In this document: piece by piece, positions 51,650 through 64,000 of the stretch
How the letters are laid out: the number at the start of each line of letters is the position of its first letter
Position numbering within the stretch: the first letter of the stretch is position 1
Source of the DNA: Camelus dromedarius
Taxonomy: Eukaryota
Assembly: GCF_036321535.1 (NCBI RefSeq)
Contig: NC_087437.1
Coordinates: 68,636,001 to 68,700,000, forward strand
Reading direction: 5' to 3'
DNA length: 64,000 nt
Notes under the pieces: generated by a model
Seen by the model: only the letters and a program-made list of their open reading frames with translations
What the model was told of the DNA's origin: nothing
The model's database searches: none
Translations under genes and position numbers: made by a program

Positions 51650-51892
51650 TTTTATTGTTTATTTATTTAAATTTTTGATTGAAGTGAAGTTGATTTATAA
51701 TATTAGTTTCAGGTGTACAGCAAAATGATTTAGTTATACATATACATATGTATGTATATTTTCTTTTCAGATTCTTTTCCATTATTTGTTATTACAAGAA
51801 ATTGAATATAGTTCCCTGTTCTATACAGGAGGTCCTTGTTGTTTACTTTATATATAGTAACGTGTGTCTGTTAATCCCCAACCCCTCCCCAC
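51650..51892 (-). mobile_element. L1 3' end fragment
   Basis: ttgattgaagt...gtttcaggtgtacagcaaa...tatagttccctgttctatacag...ctgttaatccc. Confidence 0.85.
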
Positions 51893-51983
51893 CCTTTTTA
51901 ATGGAAGTACCGGGGAACTGAACCCAGGACCTCGTGCATGCTAAGCACGCACTCTACCGCTGAGCTATATACTGTTTCCCCCT
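51893..51983 (-). mobile_element. tRNA-Ala-derived camelid SINE (short form)
   Basis: tgaacccaggacctcgtgcatgctaagcacgcactctaccgctgagctata, with CpGs retained. Confidence 0.88.
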
Positions 51984-54900
51984 GAAAGTAAAAATGTTTT
52001 AAATGATGACCGGAAAAGAATAGAAGCAAATCAATTGGCTCTAAAGCAACGAGTGTCAAAGAGAGCAAAATAAATAGTTTGGTATGAATTTGTTGAGAAG
52101 AGGAAGATGAAATTTAGAAAGAACAATCAGAATTAAGTCAAGATTTTGATATAAATCATGCTATATTCACACAAAAATATGACAAAAGTTTGACTAAATA
52201 CCATTGTTGATGTAGTTTAAATCCTCGACACTAACTTTTGTGCTTATTTTGGCTTGTCCCAACTTCCTAAAGAACCAGAAATAGAAAATATGTATAGTGC
52301 AGTAAAGATAATAAGGAATTTGTCATCTGACCTTTTGATGGGCCTAATGAATTAAAATAACTAATTTCATACATAAATAATATGAGGGAATTAGAACACA
52401 GGAATAATTTTATTAAGTCAGTCAGAGAAACTTGAGAAAGAAGATGGAAATGAAGATAACACAAAGATGAAACAGAAGGAAGGGAAAGTTTCCTGAGACG
52501 AGTTTGTTTTCCTAACTGGCCAAGCAAATGTTCCTTCTTTTGATTTGGGGAGAAAGGGGTATGAAGAAGTTTCCAGGTAAAGAAATGTGATTTAGGTCGT
52601 GCAAAATGTTTACCTCCATGTGTAATCTTCTGAGGTTGCTCTTGGAGAAAATGAAGCTTAGTGGAAAGAATAAGAGTCTTGGCTCTGTGTGTTCCTTCCT
52701 TTATCAATGGAGGTGATTCTCCATTTATGCTTTAGAGATGTAACAGAAAACTCCACAAAACAGATGTTGACACAGAACTGCACCTGGTTGTCTGGTGGAT
52801 TAAATGAGATACATGGTCAAAAATTTTTTTTTAATTATAAAGAGTCATTTAAGTATAAGACTATCCCCATTATACTTACAATCTCTTAGAGTATTTGTGC
52901 TAATCTTAATATGCTTATCCATTCATTTCTGCGGTTGCAGCTACGTGAATTCCTAATCAGTCAATGTGGACATTGCCTAAGTGCAGGGTTGCATTAGTTC
53001 TGTTATCATTCAGTCTAACAGTATTCATGTAGGCAACATAATCCATTCATATAGATAATATAGGCCAAATTCTGCCTTTTCACACCACTTCTCTGGAGTG
53101 CCTTTGATAAAAATTTTCAATTATACCTCAACAGCCTCAACAGCAAAAAAAATCATTGTTGGCTGTTTGTTTTTCCCTCTGGGCCAAGAATTACATCTGC
53201 TCATAAGCGATGGACTCTGGATAAATAATTAATGGTTACTTAACAAGAGTTTAGAACTTCCCTGCTGTTGTTTTGATTATATTAAGTGCACAAGGTGACT
53301 GTTTTAGGAAATGGGTATGGCATTTACCTCAGGTAGCAGTGATTCATTTTTGTCTGTTTTTAGAAAAGCTTTTGTTTCATTATCATGAAGTAAAAAATGA
53401 AGCCTGAAGAAAATCAAAACAAATCTGATTTTAGAATGCCCAAAGCTTTGATTAAACTATCTTAGGGATGCTAGGTCCATTTAGTACTTACACAGTATTA
53501 TTTATTTATGATTTTGATTTATATGGAGCTTCCAGTGGGAGCCTTCTTGTGAAAACTATACCTTGCAAGGATGGTGTTCATGAATCAGCACTGAACTGTT
53601 CGCTTCTCACACTGTGGTCTTGGGTTCTTGTAGCTACATCCTTCAGAGGAGACTTAAAACCTAATGCTTGATCATAGGCAGTGGTTAAGGATCCCATGAC
53701 ACATCTGAGAGGGTGGCAATGTTGGTTTCAGTGCCTGGCCAAATTCCAGTTTGAGTACTTTTTCTTCGTTTTCCCAAGGTCCCTTGGAGAAGACATTTTG
53801 GGCTCAATTGTCTTGTTCTTGTTTAGCTGCAGCTGTTAAGCAGCTGCCTCATTATACTCTCCACGTGGTAAAATTCCTAGTGAAAACGGAGAGAGAATTA
53901 CAGCGTCGAAAGGGGGCAAAAAGCAAAAACAGTGACAACGAGAGAGGCCATAGGGATGCAATTAGAGTGTATAGTAGTGAGTCTTTTACGGCTGATGTTC
54001 AGTGTTCACTTGGAAGGCAATGATGACCTTGGTTAAACTTAGAAAACCTTATTTTCTCCTCCCTTGTGGATGTTACCCAGCGCTCCATGGAGGAGTAGCA
54101 CTGGGTGAGAAGGATCCCTCCACGAGCCTCCTGCTTTAGAGCGTCCTCCCCTCCATCAGCTACACTCCTCCTTGGGGAGTGAGAGGTCTTTGGGCATGAA
54201 AGATACATGTATGCCTACCTGGGGCCTGTGCCACCCCTTCTAGGCTATGATCCACGGTCAGAGGACTCCAAACTTCCCTGCCCAAGTAGCCCTGAGCCTG
54301 CTTCCAGGGTCTGGAAGGAACTCTTCCCAGGATTGGTTCTTCCAAGGACAGACTATCCCATGATTGTACAAATGTCTAGGCTAGAGAGGTAGCCATGATT
54401 GCAGTTGTTTGCATAGGGTGTATATAAAGCTTGGATGTGTAGCCTGGGGGTGTCCACGTGGATGTGAGTCTCTTTACAGCATTGACTGAGCCAGGGGTGG
54501 AAAGCAATCAGAGGAAGCCCATGGGTCAGAGGTCACGGTTGGGGCCAGTTCTCTTTGCGGCACCATGTTCTGGTACAGAACTCCAAGTGGTCTTCGAATT
54601 GTAAATTTTAACTTGGCCTTATAGGTCCTTATGAAGATATGTTGTCAAGATGGGAGGATAAAATATATTTTATTATCAGTTTGTTATCTTTCTTCATAAC
54701 TGTCAAATATTTCAACATAAGGCATGCACACCTCTATTTGTTGTCTTGCCTCAGGCTGTGGGAACAAAGGCTGACCTGCCATGGGATCATACTTTCTCCT
54801 AACACTTCTTTCTCTTTTTGTTGAAAATAATCTAAGCGCTGCAACACTATTAAAACTTTATCATTTCACTCCAGTGGCAACCTGAAAAAAAAAGCCGTTC

Positions 54901-55344
54901 TGTTTACTTCCTGGCTAGAGTACTGTGCTGAAAGTTTTACTAATAACCCTCCCAGCCACACCAAGACACAGGATGCCGTGTCTACCTGTGAACTAAGACA
55001 TTCTACATGAGCTTCCACCATGCTTTCCTCCATGCCCTCACTGCACCCCTTTTCCAAGCTCATCATAGGAAGCCATTGAGAGCCTGCCTATGAAATGTTC
55101 AGGAGGCAGTCCAGCAGGACACACCACTAAAATGCATCATTTTCATTCTCATCTCTCAGTAGCACCTCCCTTCGGCAGCTACTTCCCAAAGTCATTGCCA
55201 AAGAGACGGTTAATCAGCCTGTTCTGTGCCCAGCCGTAAAGGAAAATTTTATACATGTAGTCCCCTCTTCCTTTTCTACCTCGAACTCACCTTCTGCACA
55301 ACAAAGCAAAGAAGATGCAGCTGAGATTATCCAAGGGAAAATAA

Positions 55345-55530
55345 GAAAAATAGCTAACATGTGCTGGGCTCCTGAGAGCAGACACAGGCTGGGCACCATC
55401 ATGAGGTCGGTGCAAGGATTCTTACCATGTTACAGATGAAGAAATTGAGGATTATATAGTTTAAGTAACCTTTCAAACCCAGGAATTGTGACTCCCGAGT
55501 ACACTCATTTAATCACTCCCTTGTACTGCC
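55345..55530 (-). mobile_element. MIR SINE
   Basis: ccatgttacagatgaagaaattgagg...ttaagtaacc...ttcaaacccagg...actcatttaatcact. Confidence 0.65.
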
Positions 55531-57670
55531 TTCAGAATATCAAATTGCTTCTCCTTCTAACTCCACCCACATCATGGTCAGCAGCCTCTACCTATCATTT
55601 TTATGAGTTGTTACTGGTTTTCATTTTTAAGAATTGTTACTGGTTTTAAAAGAACTTAAGGCCTTGTGAACATGAAAGTAGTTATCGAGCTTCACTATTA
55701 TTTTTTTCCTAGCTTCGTTATGTTCCCTTACACTAAATAAGAATACGCCAGCCTCGAGTTCACTATGCATCACATGGTCAATATTTTGGCCAAGAAATAC
55801 AATTATGGTATATTAGGCTTGGGTATCATAGAGTATGTCTGATTGCTTTACTTAATCTATAGATTTTTGACTAAGACAAATCAGTATTCAAAGGCAGGAG
55901 CAGCCACATAACATAAGCATTCAGCACCTCATTTTTCTTCCTCACAAGTCTGAGTGTGGAAATTTATAATATAATGTAATCCTGTTTTAATGCTAGTACA
56001 TAGGTTTAGATAGGCATGCCTATTTTGTATAGGGATTTGTTGAAGTTTATCCATCGACTCTTGGTAACATGAGGACAAGTGTAATAGTGTGTGGGAAAGC
56101 ACTTTATATTTTCACAGTGCTTTAGAACTTTCTGGAGATATACTCATATGCATTTAATAACTAGGGGTGTTATAAAGGAATCTTACAGTTTGATACCTTT
56201 CAGGAACCTGCATTTTTAAAGCTCTGTATTCACTTCAAAATCAAATGAGTCAGATAAACACCTTGAAATGCTTAATTGAAGAAGACGGATGTCTTCCACT
56301 CAAGTCAAGTAGCCCCTAAGAATCCAGTAAGTTGTTCTTGCTGTCCTAGCTGCCTTCCTACATGCAGCCACACTAGCAGCTCCCTTGCTCACCAGTTTCC
56401 ATCTAATCATTTCCACTTAGTAGAGTGCGGCGGCTCAGCCTGGGACAAAACTGCAGCTACACGCCGGAGCTGTGGTGCAGGGCGTGGCTCACAACCCTCG
56501 TGATAGCTCTAGTCACTTCTATGGCATGTTGATAACAGCTTCATTTGTCACATGCCCACTGAAGGGAACTCATTCCTTGTTTTCAGATTGGGTGGGATGA
56601 AAGCCAAGAGCTTCCAGTGCTCATTGTGGATGTTAAGACAGAATATAAATCAGCAACATCCAGTGGCAGATAGGAAATTCCAGAGTGTAAATCCCCAACA
56701 GGACAAACACAGCTTTCATCTAAAGCAGAAAGTGATTCTTTTTCCTCCAGGGACTGGGTTTGCCTCATCTGGTTTGTAGCATAAAAGACATAAGAACTGG
56801 GGCTGGTAATTGAAGGTGTTCTCATGTGGAGGAACGGGAGTCAGAGTTCAGTTAAGCCAAGGACCTCTGAGCAGTCTCAGTACATCATAAAATGTGCCAG
56901 AGGGAAGTGCCATCTGCAGTGGTGCTGCTGCTGGGGGCTAGTAGGAGCTGGCTATGGACATCTATTTTCTAGACAGCAAAAGTCCCTCCTGATGATCTGT
57001 CAGACTGCTAATACGCTGTTTACTACCGTGTCCCTGAGTTTTCCTCTTGCGTATGGACCATGTTTGACTGGCTAAAAAACATGTCTTTGCAATGATGTTG
57101 CAAACTGAGCACAAAACTGAGGACCAAAGAAAGATACAGCTTTTCTGTGTTACACTTTTGAGTATCCCCAGGGGTCAAGGGGAAGGGGGCTTCTGAGTCT
57201 AGTCCTTTTTAACAGATGTACAGCTTACCTGTAAGAAGTGTAGGACATTTAAGGTCAGGGTGAGTGTTTTGGTCACCTCCAGGCCTGGCAAAGTGGCCAG
57301 CATACAATAAGGTCAATATATATTTGTTAAATAAATGAAGGACTGAAAGACTGATAAAATGATTAAATAATGAAGAGACCAGGCAATGTCTACCTTCTGC
57401 ATTTGATTGAGACATGGCTTTCTTGTACAAGAAGTACAAGAAAATCTGGTCTATGCAAGATATTTAAATGATTTTACCAGGAATGATGACCAATAAACTA
57501 TCAAATTTTCAAAAATATTCTAAAGCTAGAATGTCAGGACAAGGGGAAAGCAGGATTTAATTTACCAAACCTCAATGCATAGACAGGGTTTCAGAAACAC
57601 ATCTATTGAAGAACGCACGGATTTTTAAATTAAAATTGCAAAACAAATTCACCATGAAATGATGTTTAAA

Positions 57671-57703
57671 TGCTTTTTTTGTTGTTCTTTCTTTTAGGTA
57701 AGT
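57671..57703 (+). other. Recursive-splice-site-like motif (3' splice site immediately followed by a 5' splice site)
   Basis: tgctttttttgttgttctttcttttAG|GTAAGT, with no other AG back to 57611. Confidence 0.45.
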
Positions 57704-58498
57704 GAAAGATATTTTCTGAAGTGTTCTGCAGAAACTGTGAAGGTGGCAGTGTTTTCCTAGAAGAAAAAGGAAGGCAGGGATCCTTGAAATGGTAATATTT
57801 CAGCTGTTCTGTACACACGCGAAGCGTCTCACATGCCCAGCAAAGCTATTGTTTTCTCTTGTGTGGTTACACCTGTTTGTTTCACTATAACTTGAAAGGG
57901 CTTAAACCTCAAGGTCGGTGCAGATTGAGCATAATTATCTCTCTGTGTTTGAGAGCCACTCAGAGCCAAATCCAAAGCTTCTACAGCCCATCCTCCACAG
58001 AAATCTCCTTATATATAAATTGCTTCAAATTGAAATGTCATTCTAAATAGATCTGACAACAACAGACATATATAATTTAGTATAGTATAAGAAATATGTA
58101 CCTTACATATGTGTGTGTGTGTATATATATGTATATTTGTAACTGTTTTCTTGTCTCTTCCTCTTAACTATGAAGTGCCTTTTTTTTTATGTTAATGGTA
58201 GCATTATCTGTTTAAAACATGCTTATAGTCTGTGAGATTTCCAGTCTAATTGATAAGACAGTTGAAATGTACTACAGATTTTCAGTGGTGATACAATCTT
58301 CGTCACCTAACTAGCTCCTTGAGAACTGGTGACTGACAAAAAGTTGAATTTACAAAACCTCAACATATATACAACTCCAATTTGTAGTATGAGGTCTGAA
58401 AACACTTCATGTGAGGAGAGAAGCAAGGGAATCAGAAACATCTAAATATAAAAAGAAGTTTATAAGATTATATTATTACAGCAGATTTTAGAAACATA

Positions 58499-58828
58499 CA
58501 TTTGTCCCTTGGTATTCACGGATGTTTGGTTCCAAGACACCCCCTCTCCCCAGCCGCACTGCAGATACCAAAATCTGATGATACTCAAGTCCTTTATATA
58601 AAATGGCATAGTATTTGCATATAACCTAGATAGATCCTTCTTTATACATTAAACCATCTTTAGATTGCTTATATTACCTAATACAATGTAAATGCTATAT
58701 AAATAGTTGCTGGTGTGTGGCAAATTCAAATTTTGCTTTTTGGAACTTTCTGGGTTTTTAAAAATAGTGTTGATCCATGATTGGTTGAATCTGCAGGTGC
58801 AAAACCCATGGATCTGGAGGGCTGACTA
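58499..58828. mobile_element. MER2-like TcMar-Tigger DNA transposon
   Basis: TA-flanked; ca(t)ttgtcccttggtattcacgg...gataccaaaatc...ttggttgaatctgcaggtgcaaaacccatggat...gagggctgacta. Confidence 0.85.
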
Positions 58829-58844
58829 TAATTTGCTAAATACT

Positions 58845-59511
58845 TGTTACCAAACTGAACTTGGTTCTACTCCCCAAAAGTGCAGCAAAGCCAATCTATT
58901 GTACCCGGGTTGTGATGAAGGAAAGTAAAGCATTTATTGCAAGGCACCAAGCAAGGAGAACTGGCAGCTCATGGTCAAAATACCCAAACTCCCTGATAGC
59001 TTTCAGGGGAGGGTTTTTTAAAGACAGGGTGAGGGAGAGTGTCTTAGGGTATGTGATCAGCTCATGCACAGTTCTCTGATTGGTTGTTGGTGAAGTAATA
59101 GAGTGATGTTTCAGGAATCTCAATCATCATCTTTCTGGTTCTAATGGATCTGGACTCTATGTGCTTGTGATCAGCAGTTTCCATCTGGTGGGAGTCTGGT
59201 TTCTAGAAAACAGCTTATGGATGTGTGTCAGACATTGTTATATGTATTCTTCAGGTAAGAGTTAAAGGTTCTGTGACTCTGCTATATGGTTGATTTACTG
59301 TTTGAATTGTTACCAGTTCTGGACCAGCTGTTAATCTTTGTTAGTACATGTTCACATTCTTCCAGTCATTAACTCTTGACCCAGCCTTTCTGAGCCTGAA
59401 GAGAGGCCTATGGGACTAAAGCAAAGCCTTTTGCTTCAAGAGATGGGGGACACTGGGGTTGGGGGGTTGTATACCCAAGAAAGTCCTGACAGGTCAGGCT
59501 CAGTTGGTTCA
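58845..59511 (-). mobile_element. ERV1-type solo LTR
   Basis: TG...CA termini (tgttaccaaac...ggttca); reverse-strand AATAAA (tttattg) and CCAAT (gattgg); about 670 bp. Confidence 0.7.
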
Positions 59512-62500
59512 AAGACCCAATCCATACCCCCAAACTAAGGCATTCTTTCTATTTTCAACTCAAAATCTGATTTGATGAGTTGTTAGTTAGTTGATGAGAG
59601 TTCCCTCCAGAATTTTCTTTTAAAATAACCTTTCTTTTTCTACCTAAAATAAATCATTCATATACTGAGTAAGTATTTACAACTGGCTTTTTTGGAAACA
59701 ATAAAATGTCTTAAAACTTCCTGCAGAGTTGGCAATACAATGCTCAGTAATTTCTAATTTTCTAATACATAGTCAAGTTTCTACATGCTGATCATAACAT
59801 AAATATGTACAAAGAATATAAACCACCTGCTGTCAAAAGTTTATTTACCATGTGTTGATAATAAGATATAGATGAAGATAATTCAGGGCTAATAAGAAAC
59901 AGATTCTGCTCTCAAGAGTTCAGCATTTTAGGAAACAAGACAGCAGATACTGAATAGCTTCTTAATGGAAGTGTTACTCCAAAACGTAAAGATCCCAGTT
60001 CTTGTCATACCTGAAAAGTCAGGAGATAGTGCATTGTGAAGTGAAAGATTTTAAAAGATTTATTTAAAAAAGGGAAGTGCACCTTCAAGAACGGGAGGCA
60101 GGCTGATCCAAGGGAGGAAAAGCAGTGGTTTTTGTCTCCCCTTTCTCTTATACCTTTGCTTAGAGGTGATCCCTTGATTGATTGACAGCTCTTGTCCCTG
60201 AAATGCTTGGTCATGTTTGGCCCCTTTGTGCATGTCCTTGACTCCCTCTGTCATAAAGAGTGCCTGGTAAATTTTACAGAAATGTCCTGAGGTAACAATG
60301 AGTGAGTCTTAGGGATTTTTCTTCCTCATGATTGTTCCAGAGCTTTGTCCAGGTAGAAAACTGTGTGAATTAGAGACAAGAAGGAAGAATTGCAGGGGGG
60401 AAAAAGAATCCAGGGATGCAGATGAGAGAAGAACAGAAAATTCAGCCCATCAAGAGTTCTCTTTCTCTCTCTCTCTCTGAAACTTCTTTCCACTTTCCAA
60501 CCCTGATTCATAGTCCAAATATACATCAGATTTGTCTCTCATTTCCTTATTCTATGAGCATCACCTATGTTATGTTTATGTTTCTGTTTATATGTAGACA
60601 AAGGAGTATCTTTTGATAACCTAGAGTTCCAGAGATAAACCAATTAATATGTGAAGCACATATAACTTCATAATTTTATTTAAGTAGGAATTTATTTATA
60701 TGCTGTCTCATTTTTCCAAAGGATTTGAGGGGTTCAAATGGTATAGTAAATAGCTATACTCCCTTTTCATACTATGAAAGACAGAACATGCCAAGAGTGA
60801 TACTGTGGCTTTGGTTGATTCAAGGAACTTCTGCTTTGAGCAAGGTGATCAGTTACACAATCCAATCAATTAATTCAGTTAAATATTTTCAAGGATTTAC
60901 ACAACCATGTATGTCATGATATGTTGAGCAGAAAGGTAAGACAGTAAAATACAGCCCCTGACTTCAAGGATTTGACAGCTCAGGACTTCCTACTGGCTTC
61001 TTTGCTTGATTTCTGGTGATTCAATCTTAAGTCACTTAACTGATAACCACATATCAGGCCTCTTTCACAGAACAAGAAGGAAAGGTCATTCTTTTTGCAC
61101 AGGAGTCCTTCCTCTCAGGGTCAGTTGGAACTGGGTTTGACTAAACTGGGTCTGAGGAGATTTTTTAATGTTAAGTATAGTTGTATACTATATTTTGGTT
61201 TCTTCACTAGCTTGGATAATCAGGATGAGACAATTGTAGTACTTGTTTCATGAGATATGATAATCATGTCATGACATTTTTATGCCTCATTCACTGTTAT
61301 GATTTGAACAGCTCCATACCAAATGCTGGTGTGCAGACTTTTAATATTGTGTCATGGTATTTTTGAAAACAAGATAGAATGACATGATTGTGTGCAGCGT
61401 TTGGAATGTTACCATCATATATTGATTAATACCATGACATCTAAAAAAGACTGTTGTAATTATAACATAAGATTACAAAACCAGGAAAGTCGTAACATTG
61501 GATGACAGTTGATGCAAATCAGTTTAGACTTTGAGTTTTCAATGAGTTCACTAATGGGGAAAAATTAAGGAAAAAAGAGAGTTTATTTAACTGAGTATGT
61601 ACACTAGAGAACTGCATGATCTTGCTTTTCTTTTGTTACCAAAAATTCCTGATTTCCTGGTGTAATCCCTCATTTGTTTTATGTTTATGCTTGTTTTCTG
61701 TTTATGCTCTGACTGATAGTTTTATTCCAAGCATTTCTTAAATTGAACATGGATTTCTCTTAGAGCTCTCTGTATGTAGTCCTAATTCTGATATTAGTTA
61801 GAAAGCATTGTTCTAAGACTGGACTTCCTGAGAAGTTGGGGCAATATACTTCATGTATTTGAATCTCGTTACTTTACAGTCAACGCACACTAATTTAGAA
61901 ATTCACAGCACCAGTATGTGAACATTCTCTAGTCTTCAATTTATGCCTCTGAAAACAACAGTCTCCTTCTCAAAGGAAAAATAAACTCTTGCAGAAAGTA
62001 AAGGCAAAGCCAAGTTGATGGAGTTTGAAAGCTATACGCCACATCCAGTTCAGACACAATTTTCAAAGAATGAATTTTAATGTGCACAGCCCTATTAGCA
62101 TAGGATCAGATTCCTAACAAATTGATTGGACATGCAAAAAGAGTCCGTGTCCTAGATTTAATGTCATTACGCAGCCTTAAACACAGCTGTGCAGCAAGCC
62201 TTTCATTCTGGATGGACATGAGCACATTGAATGGTTCTGAAGGCGATTGGCTGGTTGATTTCCTACAGTACAATTTTCAATAATGACAAATTTAATGATA
62301 TCACTATTGTATTATTTAGCAAGAGAATGCGTGTCCTATTTTGTACAACCATCAATGACTATTTAAATTTGCACAAGAGTATGAATGCACAAATTTTCAA
62401 ATAGATCCAGAGACACCCAGAATTCTTTGGTTGCGAGGAGGTAGATTCACCCAGCTCTGCCATGATCCTTACCCAACCAAAGATGAAGATAATCCTGTAC

Positions 62501-62962
62501 TTTAGATTGTAACCTTATCCAGTTTTCTCTGTATTATTCCTGAGTACTGGCTTCTTGCTGCTTTCAATCTTTTCCTGGAAATGTCCATTTCAGTTGTGTA
62601 TATGATAAATTTTTATTTTAATTTTTAATGTTTTCCTTACTCTATCCAGGGATATATGCTCACATAAGCATTGCATATTCAAGAATATTATGTATATAAA
62701 CTACTGAGCGTGTGTCATTGTTTCACAGAGACTATGCAAATGTCAAAGAGGAAACATAGTACTGTTATTCTTAATTTTGTGCCATATGAGAGTTTGGACA
62801 GAAAGATGTGCATACATTTTGTCAAATTAAATTTTAATCAATTATAGATTATTAGTAAAAAGGCAATGGCCAAAAAGTGAAGAAAAATAAATTCTTATGA
62901 AATCCAGTCCTAGAACTTGTGTCTGTTTACAAAATAAATGCCTTATAAACTGTTCATTTTTT

Positions 62963-63160
62963 AAAAATATATATATATAAATTTTACTTATTTTGATATG
63001 TTTTATTACTTTTTAAAATTTATCTTTTTGTAGGGAGGTAATTAGGTTTGTTTGTTTGTTTGTTTGTTTGTTTATTGTTTAACAGAGGTACTGGGGATTG
63101 AACCCAGGACCTTGTGCATGTTAAGCATGCCCTCTACCACTAAACTATACTCTCCCCCCA
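62963..63160 (-). mobile_element. tRNA-Ala-derived camelid SINE (long form) with (GTTT)n
   Basis: ggaggtaattagg(tttg)n...gaggtactggggattgaacccaggaccttgtgcatg...ctaccactaaactatactctcccc; TSD aaactgtt(c/t)atttttt at 62947 and 63161. Confidence 0.9.
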
Positions 63161-63919
63161 AAACTGTTTATTTTTTGTAGTATAGCTTTATATTTGTTAC
63201 TTATGATTTGTGTGGAATCTAAATAAGAAATATGGGTAGGATACACGTAAGAAATCAGTGTAGTTACAAATGATCACATTGCCAATCATCTTGTGAAAGT
63301 AGCCTAGCAGTCTGTGGTCTTAGGGAAGCTGTACAAATCTCTGGCAAAGAGAGTTCAGAGATAAAAGATTTCTTTACTATGGTGGGAACTTTTCATGATT
63401 GAATCAAAACAGAAACAGCTGTTTTGCAGTTCACTGTAATTGTACCAGGGGAGTATTCATTCTCTCCCATTTTATTGAGAAGAGCCTATTCTGAGCAGTG
63501 AATATAATTAGTCAATAAATAACTCCAACTTTATGCCTAAGGAGTTTAGCTTCAGGGCAATTGTAATAGCAGGCAGTTAGAACAGACGTGGGCATTCTAT
63601 CAGAGGCCTATACACAAAGTTACCCAACAGAAGCTGATCCTTTTAAGTTGTATTATAAATCTAAGCCAACACCAGATAGCTTGTTTACAAAAAATGGGAG
63701 GAAGTTAAGAGCTTCTGTGGAGTATTGTGCAGAATTAATAAACTTTTTTACTCTAAAGGTTAACAATGTTTGTTTTGCATCGTTAGAAATTATCTATAAA
63801 ATATTACAAGTAATAAATTGGTCAAGAAAATTATAAACTAGATTTTGAACTTCTTTCAAAAATGACTTAAAATTAAAGATGTATTAACATGATCAAGAAG
63901 GGAAATAATTTAGTGTACT

Positions 63920-64000
63920 TCAATAAACATTTATTGAGTTCTCATATATGCCAAGTATTCTCTCAGAAATATAAAGATGAGTATAGTCCTTGTCTTTGAG
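63920..64000 (-). mobile_element. L2 3' end
   Basis: caataaacatttattgag...tatgccaag...aaagatgag...agtccttgtct. Confidence 0.6.

Noticed and set aside
1..64000. CRISPR arrays, operons or prokaryotic-type systems
   Set aside because: The sequence is mammalian, with no regularly spaced repeats and no gene-dense ORFs.

Overview
Mammalian nuclear DNA, AT-rich and CpG-poor, with no recognisable host protein-coding exon. The only ORFs I can assign are LINE-1 ORF2 remnants. Five tRNA-Ala(AGC)-derived SINEs of the vic-1 type point to a camelid genome (inference). Much of the window is transposon debris: L1, L2, MIR, MLT1 and ERV1 solo LTRs, hAT and Tigger DNA transposons. Several are nested, and one L1 has a twin-priming 5' inversion. 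Three non-repeat signals stand out. (i) A promoter and non-coding first-exon-like element on the minus strand at about 39.1-39.7 kb, containing a strong-Kozak uORF. (ii) A recursive-splice-site-like motif (long polypyrimidine tract, AG|GTAAGT) with a downstream poison exon on the plus strand at 57.7 kb. (iii) A well-formed 53-nt plus-strand exon at 21.4 kb. Together with a minus-biased L1 orientation, these suggest a very long intron of a plus-strand gene hosting an antisense nested promoter. I cannot identify the gene with confidence, and I see no convincing evidence of a wholly new biological system. Repeat family names come from recalled consensus motifs, not a database search, and boundaries without target-site duplications (TSDs) are approximate.
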